This document shows positions 58,014-64,000 of a DNA stretch of 64,000 nucleotides, piece after piece. The notes beneath the pieces were generated by a model. It saw nothing but the letters and a program-made list of their open reading frames with translations, had not been told where the DNA came from and made no database searches. Location of the stretch: assembly GCA_965223855.1 (NCBI GenBank), contig CBDCXM010000009.1, forward strand, positions 224,001 to 288,000. Reading direction: 5' to 3'. Every line of letters begins with the position of its first letter. Position 1 is the stretch's first letter. The stretch comes from Candidatus Multivoradales bacterium. GTDB lineage: Bacteria; Acidobacteriota; Thermoanaerobaculia; Multivoradales; JAHEKO01. Position numbers and translations under genes: made by a program.

Positions 58014-60449
58014 ATGAGCGAGCGCGACCGCATCCTCGACGCCTACCGCCGCTGGGGCTATCTGGCGGCCGACCTCGACTGGCTCGGTCGCCTCGAGCCG
58101 GCCGAGCATCCGGAGCTCGTGACCGAGGGCGAAGGGGTCGAAGAGGCACGCGCCGCCTACTGCGGCACGCTGGCGGTCGAGTTCCAGCACATGCCCGACC
58201 CGGCGCGGCGCGCCTGGATCCAGGAGCGGATGGAGGGCGAGCCGCCGGAGGTCGATCGTCGCTCCGTCACCGAGCAGCTGATGCGGGCGGCACTCTTCGA
58301 GCAACTCCTCCAGACCGGCTACCTCGGCAACAAGCGCTTTTCGATCGAGGGGATCGAGACCCTCGTCCCGGTGCTGACGACGATGCTCGACTCGCTCGCC
58401 GGGCACGACGCCGAGCAGGCGGTGCTGGCGATGAGCCACCGCGGGCGCCTCAACGTCATGGCGCATGTGGTCGGCAACGATCTGGCGGAGCTGCTGACCG
58501 GCTTCGAGGACGTCGACCCGAGGAGCATCATGGGAGCCGGCGACGTCAAGTACCACCGCGGCGCCACCGGCATGCACGAAGCGCCCGACGGCCGCTCGAT
58601 CCGCATGCACCTGGTGTCGAACCCGAGCCACCTCGAGGCGGTCAACCCGGTGATGATGGGCCGCACCCGTGCCAAGCAAGACCGTCTCGGCGGCGAGGAC
58701 GCCTGGAAGAAGGTGGTGCCGATCCTCATGCACGGCGATGCCGCGTTCGCCGGCCAGGGAATCACCGCCGAGACGCTCAACCTCGCCGAGATCGACGGCT
58801 TCGGAGTCGGCGGCACGATTCACGTGATCGTCAACAACCTGATCGGCTTCACCGCCGAGCCGCCGGCGCTGCACTCGTCGCGCTTCGCCTCGGACGTCGC
58901 CAGAAGGCTGCCGATCCCGATCTTTCACGTCAACGCCGAAGACCCGGAGGCGGCGGTGCGGGGCGCCCGATGGGCCGCCGACTACCGCTCCGAGTTCGCG
59001 AGCGACGTCGTGCTCGACCTGATCGGCTACCGGCGCCACGGCCACAGCGAGATCGACGACCCGACCCTCACGCAGCCGACCCTCTACTCACGGATCCGCG
59101 AGCGCAAGCCGATCTGGGAGACCTATGTCGAAACGCTCGAGGTCGGGCGCGACAAGGTCGAGGAACTCGCCGAGGAGGTGCGCGAGACCCTGCGCGCCGC
59201 CAAGGACCGCGCGGCGACACACACCGAGATCCCTGCCTTGCGGGAGCTTCCCGGTTACTGGGATGACTTCGTCGGCGGCGACCACCGGCCCGACCTCGAA
59301 GTCGACACCGGGATCGAGGCCGGGGAGATCAGCGGGCTCGGGGACGTGCTGACCCGGATCCCCGACTCGGTGAGCGTCCACCCGAAGGCGCAGAAACTAC
59401 TCGAGCAGCGCGTCGAGATGGCCCGCGGCGAGCGGCCGATCGATTTCGGCATGGCCGAGTTCCTGGCCTACGGCTCGCTCGTCCAGGGAGGGGTCCCGGT
59501 GCGAATCTCGGGGCAGGACAGCCGTCGTGGCACGTTCAGCCACCGTCACTCGGCGCTCCTCGATACCGAGAGCGGCGAGAGCTTCGTGCCGCTCCACTAC
59601 GTCGCCGACGGCCAGGCACGGTTCGAGATCTACGACTCGGCGCTGTCGGAGGCGGCGGTTCTCGGCTACGAGTACGGCTACAGCCGCGACTACCCGGAGG
59701 CGCTGGTGGCGTGGGAGGCGCAGTTCGGCGACTTCGCCAACGGCGCGCAGGTGATCTTCGATCAGTTCGTCACCGCCGGCGAGGACAAGTGGGGACTGCT
59801 CTCAGGCGTCGTCGTCCTCCTGCCTCACGGCTTCGAAGGCCAGGGGCCGGAGCACTCGAGCGCCCGCATCGAGCGCTTCCTCCAGCTCGCCGCCGAGGAC
59901 GCGATCCAGGTGGCCCAGCCAACGACCGCCGCGCAGCATTTCCATCTGCTGCGCCGCCAGGCGCTGCGTAAGTGGCGCAAGCCGCTGATCGTCTTCACTC
60001 CCAAGAGTCTGCTGCGCCATCCCGCCGCGGCGTCGAGCGTCGCCGACTTCGAGGCCCCGCGGTTCCAGAACGTGCTGCCGGACACCGAAGTCGAGAACGC
60101 GAAGAGAGTGCTCCTGTGCTCAGGCAAGATCGCGCACGAGCTCCGGACCGAGAGGCAGAAGCGCGAAGAAGGCTCGATCGCGGTCGTCGCCGTCGAGCAG
60201 CTCTACCCGTTCCCGCGCGCAGAACTGGCTGCCGAACTCGACCGCCACCCCGACGCGAGTCTCGTCTGGGTGCAGGAGGAGCCGGCCAACATGGGCCCGC
60301 TCTTCTTCGTCGCTCCCCGGATCGAGACGATCACCCGCGGGCGGCACCTGCGGACGGTCAAGCGCTCGGCCTCGGCGAGCCCCGCAACCGGCTCTGCCAA
60401 GGCTCACGCCATCGAGCAGAGCACTCTGATCGAGCTGGCGTTCAACTGA
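58014..60449 (+). CDS. sucA: 2-oxoglutarate dehydrogenase E1 component (short N-terminus)
   Basis: AYRRWGY, KRFSIEG, MSHRGRLN, GDVKYH, NPSHLE, HGDAAFAGQG, GYRRHGH, WEAQFGDFANGAQ, GPEHSSAR. Confidence 0.93.
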   Translation: MSERDRILDAYRRWGYLAADLDWLGRLEPAEHPELVTEGEGVEEARAAYCGTLAVEFQHMPDPARRAWIQERMEGEPPEVDRRSVTEQLMRAALFEQLLQTGYLGNKRFSIEGIETLVPVLTTMLDSLAGHDAEQAVLAMSHRGRLNVMAHVVGNDLAELLTGFEDVDPRSIMGAGDVKYHRGATGMHEAPDGRSIRMHLVSNPSHLEAVNPVMMGRTRAKQDRLGGEDAWKKVVPILMHGDAAFAGQGITAETLNLAEIDGFGVGGTIHVIVNNLIGFTAEPPALHSSRFASDVARRLPIPIFHVNAEDPEAAVRGARWAADYRSEFASDVVLDLIGYRRHGHSEIDDPTLTQPTLYSRIRERKPIWETYVETLEVGRDKVEELAEEVRETLRAAKDRAATHTEIPALRELPGYWDDFVGGDHRPDLEVDTGIEAGEISGLGDVLTRIPDSVSVHPKAQKLLEQRVEMARGERPIDFGMAEFLAYGSLVQGGVPVRISGQDSRRGTFSHRHSALLDTESGESFVPLHYVADGQARFEIYDSALSEAAVLGYEYGYSRDYPEALVAWEAQFGDFANGAQVIFDQFVTAGEDKWGLLSGVVVLLPHGFEGQGPEHSSARIERFLQLAAEDAIQVAQPTTAAQHFHLLRRQALRKWRKPLIVFTPKSLLRHPAAASSVADFEAPRFQNVLPDTEVENAKRVLLCSGKIAHELRTERQKREEGSIAVVAVEQLYPFPRAELAAELDRHPDASLVWVQEEPANMGPLFFVAPRIETITRGRHLRTVKRSASASPATGSAKAHAIEQSTLIELAFN

Positions 60450-60744
60450 ACGCGGCCCGGCTCGACGGGCGGACGGCGAAGACGTCGCGACCGGTCTCCG
60501 CCGACGACTCGACTCTCTCGACCCACACCCCCATCTCGAGCCCCCTGGCCAGCGAGCGGACCTCGGAGGCGACGTCGCCGGAGAGCCCACCGTCGACGAT
60601 CAGGTAGAGCAGGCTGCTGCCCGCCCGCTCGCAGCGCACCCCGGAAGGGCGCTGCTCGACCGACCGGCGCCGGCTCGCGAAGGCGTGGAGAGCGGCCTCG
60701 AGTCGGTCGGAGCCTCGCTGCAGTTCCTGTGAGGGAATCGCCAT
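60442..60744 (-). CDS. Hypothetical protein (100 aa)
   Basis: Fills the gap between the tRNA trailer and sucA; GGTGAG before ATG; no family recognised. Confidence 0.45.
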   Translation of the reverse strand: MAIPSQELQRGSDRLEAALHAFASRRRSVEQRPSGVRCERAGSSLLYLIVDGGLSGDVASEVRSLARGLEMGVWVERVESSAETGRDVFAVRPSSRAAFS

Positions 60745-60819
60745 CTCACCATGTTGGACTGCGTCACAGCGAAGAAGTCACATGCGCCCCGGAGTGAGGT
60801 CGCCCGGGGGCGGGGTTGG

Positions 60820-60926
60820 GGGGCTCCGGCGGCCTTCGGCCGGCTGGCCAGCAAGCTGGCCAGAGCGCCCGTGCTTCTGCTCGCCGGGCTTACCGCCCGG
60901 CGAAGGAGGGTTCGAATCCCTGCTTC
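60820..60926. repeat. Hairpin cluster with an inverted copy of the tRNA-Gln T-arm
   Basis: Hairpins at 60830-42, 60844-63 and 60881-903; GGGTTCGAATCCCTGC (60908-23) is the exact reverse complement of 60993-61008. Confidence 0.65.
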
Positions 60927-60982
60927 GCTCGGTGAACTGTCGGGGGTAGGCGAAGGACTCAGCCGCAGCGAATCAACGTTCT

Positions 60983-61056
60983 TGGTTGGGAGGCAGGGAT
61001 TCGAACCCCGATTCCACGGGTCAGAGCCGTGTGTCCTACCATTGAACGACCTCCCA
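60983..61056 (-). tRNA. tRNA-Gln (anticodon CUG)
   Basis: TGGGAGG acceptor stem, anticodon arm CACGG-CTCTGAC-CCGTG, T-loop GTTCGAAT, encoded CCA; TTGACC-N17-TACCCT promoter upstream. Confidence 0.97.
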
Positions 61057-61136
61057 ACGGACCACGGAGGGTACCAAGGCGGTCGGGGAGGGTCAATTGT
61101 CAGGGGGCTCGGCTCGCGGGCTATGCTCCCCGCATC

Positions 61137-61920
61137 TTGCCGAGCTTCCGAACCCCCGCACTGCGAGCCTCGATCGTCTGGCACGCCGTGTCTCTCGCTG
61201 CCCTAGCAGTCAGACCCGCCTGGTGGCGCGGGTGGCTCGGCCTGCTGGCACTCAACTATGTCGCCGTCGCCGTCGCCTCGCTCGTGCCGCGCGGACGCTG
61301 GCTCGGTCCTCATCTGAGCAGAGTGGTCGGCAACGCCTCTTCCGTCCACCTGACCTTCGACGACGGTCCAGATCCCGGAGGTGACGCCGGCCGTCCTCGA
61401 TCTCCTCGAAGAAGGAAGCGCGCGCGCGACGTTCTTCTGCATCGGCGAGCGGGTGCGTCGCCATCCGGAGATCGCGCTGGAGATCGTCCGTCGCGGACAT
61501 CGAATCGAGAACCACACCGAGCGGCACAGCCCGCTCTTCGCCCTTCTTCTGCCGCCCGCCCTGGGCGCCGAGATCGACGCCGCGCAGCGCTCGATCGAAT
61601 CCGTCGTCGATCGACGCCCGGTCTACCTGCGCGCACCGGCGGGGTTTCGCGGACCGTGGCTCGCCGGCGCGCTCGAGGAGCGCAGACTCACGCTGGTCAG
61701 CTGGACCCGCAGGGCGTTCGACACGACCCGCCGCGACTCGCAGGCCGTCCTCGGCTCCCTGAGCCGCGACCTTGCCGGCGGCGACATCCTGGTGCTTCAC
61801 GACACCGTCGCCGCCGTCGATGAGGAGGGCACGCCGATGGCGCTCGCGGTGCTTCCCGCGCTCCTCGACGAGATCGAGCGCCGCGGCCTCGTCGCCGCTC
61901 CTCTCCCGGAGCCGTCGTGA
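61137..61920 (+). CDS. Membrane-anchored polysaccharide deacetylase (NodB/CE4), split by a +1 frameshift near 61375; start approximate
   Basis: HLTFDDGPDP in one frame, then TPAVLDLL..ATFFCIG..GHRIENHT..LRAPAG..ILVLHD in the next; gat ccc gga ggt has one extra C. Confidence 0.85.
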
Positions 61921-62690
61921 TCGCCCGCCTCCTGTGGCGCCTGTTCAACCCGCTCCAGGTCGTCACCCTGGTGCTCTGGTCGGCCTTGTGCATCGTCATC
62001 GCCATGATGCTTGCGATCGTCACCCGCGGCTCACGACTTTCGATGGCGATGGCCGACCGGATCTGGGCGCCGGTCGCCTGCCGCTTCTTCCTCGCGCGCG
62101 TCGAGCTGCGGGGCGCCGAGCACCTGCCGACCGCAGGCCCGAGGGTGTTCGTCTCCAATCACCGATCGAACTTCGACGTCGTGGCACTCTTCGCCGCGCT
62201 CCGGCAGCCGCTTCGTTTCCTCGCCAAGGAGGAGCTGCGCAAGGTCCCGTTCCTCGGCTGGTACATCGGTGCGATGGGGATGATCTTCGTCGATCGTTCC
62301 AGTCGCGCCAGCGCCCGCGAGAGCCTGCGACGCGGAGCCGAGCTGCTCGGAGAGGGTCATGCGCTCCTCTCGTTCCCGGAGGCGACCCGCAATCAGGGCG
62401 AAGAGCTGCTGCCGTTCAAGCGCGGCATCTTCGGCCTCGCGGCGAGTGCCAACGCGACTCTGGTGCCGGTTGCGATCGACGGCTCGTCGCGCATCTGGCC
62501 TCCAGGCGGCCTGGCATTGCGCCCGGGCACCGTGACGGTCACCCTCGGCGAGCCGATCGTCGACCCGGACGCCTCGAGCGAGGAGCTATCGAATCGCGCT
62601 CGCGAGGCGATCGGGCGGCTACTCCCCGGTTCCGAGCCAGATGAGGAAGCCGGTCAGGAAGCCGCGGGCGCCGGGTTGTCGCGAAGGTAG
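61917..62690 (+). CDS. plsC: 1-acyl-sn-glycerol-3-phosphate acyltransferase
   Basis: NHRSNFD (HX4D), FLAKEEL, FVDR, FPEATR, PFKRG. Confidence 0.88.
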   Translation: MIARLLWRLFNPLQVVTLVLWSALCIVIAMMLAIVTRGSRLSMAMADRIWAPVACRFFLARVELRGAEHLPTAGPRVFVSNHRSNFDVVALFAALRQPLRFLAKEELRKVPFLGWYIGAMGMIFVDRSSRASARESLRRGAELLGEGHALLSFPEATRNQGEELLPFKRGIFGLAASANATLVPVAIDGSSRIWPPGGLALRPGTVTVTLGEPIVDPDASSEELSNRAREAIGRLLPGSEPDEEAGQEAAGAGLSRR

Positions 62691-64000
62691 CGGACGAACT
62701 CCTCCATCCGCCGCGCCGTCGCCTCGCGGCCGACGAGCTCGACGACGTCGAAGAGCGGCGGCCCCGCCTTCCCTCCGGTGAGCGCCATGCGCACTGGATG
62801 GATCAACACCCCCGCCTTGACCTCGACCTCGTCCGCGAGCTCGCGCAACGCCGTCTCGAGGCTTTCGACGTCGAACTCGGGAAGCGCCGTGTATCGCTGT
62901 GCCAGCGTCTCGAGGTAGCCGGGCAGCTCCTCCTGAGCACGGAACTTCGCCGTCAGCTCCTCGTCGTAGCCGAGGGACTCCTCGAAATAGGGCACAGCGA
63001 GCTCGGCCAGCTCGGCCAGCGTCTTGGCGCGGGTGCGCAGCAGATCGGCAACGGCGGCCAGCCTCTCCGGATCGGAGTCGGCGAGCCCGGCGGATTCGAG
63101 GAACGGCCGGCCGTGCGACAGGATCTCGTCGAGCGGCAGTGACGACATGTACTGAGCGTTCATCCAGGCGAGCTTCTCGGGGTCGAATACCGCCGCCGAG
63201 TCGTTGAGCCGCTCGGTGGTGAATGCCTCGATCAGCACCTCGCGTGACATCACCTCACGCTCGTCCCCCGGGTTCCAGCCCAGGAGCGTCAGGTAGTTGT
63301 AGAGCGCCTGCGGCAGAATCCCCTGGCTGCGGAACTCCTCCACCGAGGCCGCTCCGGTGCGCTTCGACAGCCGCTTGCGGTCCTGACCGAGGATCATCGG
63401 CAGATGGCCGAAGGTCGGCACCGCCGCGCCGAGCGCGCGGAACAGGCCTATGTGCTTCGGTGTGTTCGACAGATGGTCCTCGCCCCGGATGACGTGCGTC
63501 ACCTCCATGTCGATGTCGTCGGTGACGACGGACATGTGGTAGGTCGGCGAGCCGTCCGAGCGCAGCAGGATGAAGTCGTCGAACACCTCGGGGGAAAACT
63601 CGACGTCACCGCGGACGAGATCGGTGAACTCGATCGGCTGCGAAGGCATCCGGAAGCGGACCACGAAGGGTGCCCCGGACGCCTCGCGAGCGGCGATCTC
63701 CTCGTCGCTCAGCGGGCTCCTTCCCTCGCGATAGCGGAACGTCTCGCCGTCCTTCTGCAGCCGCTGGCGCTCGACGTCGAGCTCCTCCGGAGTCTCGTAG
63801 GCCTTGTAGGCCCGGCCCTCGTCGAGCAGCTCCTGCGCCCGCTCGGTGTGCCGATCGACGCGGACGCTCTGGAGGTACGGCCCCTCGTGCCACTCCACCC
63901 CGACCCAACGCAGAGCGTCTTCGATCTGGCGAGTCATCGCCTCGTCGGAGCGCTGACGGTCGGTGTCCTCGATCCTGAGGATGTTGACACCACCGAGCTT
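62654..64000 (-). CDS. gltX: Glutamate--tRNA ligase (5' end outside window)
   Basis: LRIEDTD near the window edge, GPYLQS, DDIDMEVTHVIRGEDHLSNT, RLSKR, LLGW. Confidence 0.95.
   Translation of the reverse strand, partial: KLGGVNILRIEDTDRQRSDEAMTRQIEDALRWVGVEWHEGPYLQSVRVDRHTERAQELLDEGRAYKAYETPEELDVERQRLQKDGETFRYREGRSPLSDEEIAAREASGAPFVVRFRMPSQPIEFTDLVRGDVEFSPEVFDDFILLRSDGSPTYHMSVVTDDIDMEVTHVIRGEDHLSNTPKHIGLFRALGAAVPTFGHLPMILGQDRKRLSKRTGAASVEEFRSQGILPQALYNYLTLLGWNPGDEREVMSREVLIEAFTTERLNDSAAVFDPEKLAWMNAQYMSSLPLDEILSHGRPFLESAGLADSDPERLAAVADLLRTRAKTLAELAELAVPYFEESLGYDEELTAKFRAQEELPGYLETLAQRYTALPEFDVESLETALRELADEVEVKAGVLIHPVRMALTGGKAGPPLFDVVELVGREATARRMEEFVRYLRDNPAPAAS

Noticed and set aside
60442-60982. 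Genomic island integrated at tRNA-Gln
   Set aside because: No integrase and no direct repeat of the tRNA 3' end; sucA follows within ~0.5 kb

Overview
High-GC bacterial chromosomal window made mostly of housekeeping and envelope genes. The gene content and C-terminal protein tags suggest Acidobacteriota, possibly Thermoanaerobaculia (inference only). Order: asd (partial), purL-purQ, exported DUF1326, two metallo-beta-lactamase-fold hydrolases, an alkaline-phosphatase-TPR/TPR/ASPIC-UnbV cluster, a secreted protein ending PVDLQSFEVD, a peptidase-propeller-Omp85 gene with two partner genes, dprA-topA-trmFO-xerC-hslVU, a Fn3 lipoprotein, dapF, tyrS, an ECF sigma factor, a sulfide/persulfide cluster (PDO-rhodanese, 2x YeeE/YedE, SulP, SQR), a lamin-tail-like protein ending DGFESGD, a Fur-led iron uptake operon, gltA, queE-queD, acnA, a PIG-L/ABC/MFS operon, sucA, tRNA-Gln(CUG), a polysaccharide deacetylase, plsC and gltX (partial). 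Best candidate for a new system: the sulfide cluster has no CstR/SqrR/FisR-type regulator beside it. Its two arms instead start from back-to-back, near-identical ECF-type promoters (CGGGAACCTCG-N8-CCGTGTCTCTCA), and it ends next to an ECF sigma factor with a Cys-retaining, degenerate anti-sigma-like tail. Other notable signals: an orphan structured sRNA candidate between queD and acnA, an antisense T-arm copy behind tRNA-Gln, several apparently leaderless genes, and five +1 frameshifts that are most likely assembly errors. No CRISPR array, prophage or transposase was seen. All family assignments come from motif recognition by eye, not database searches.
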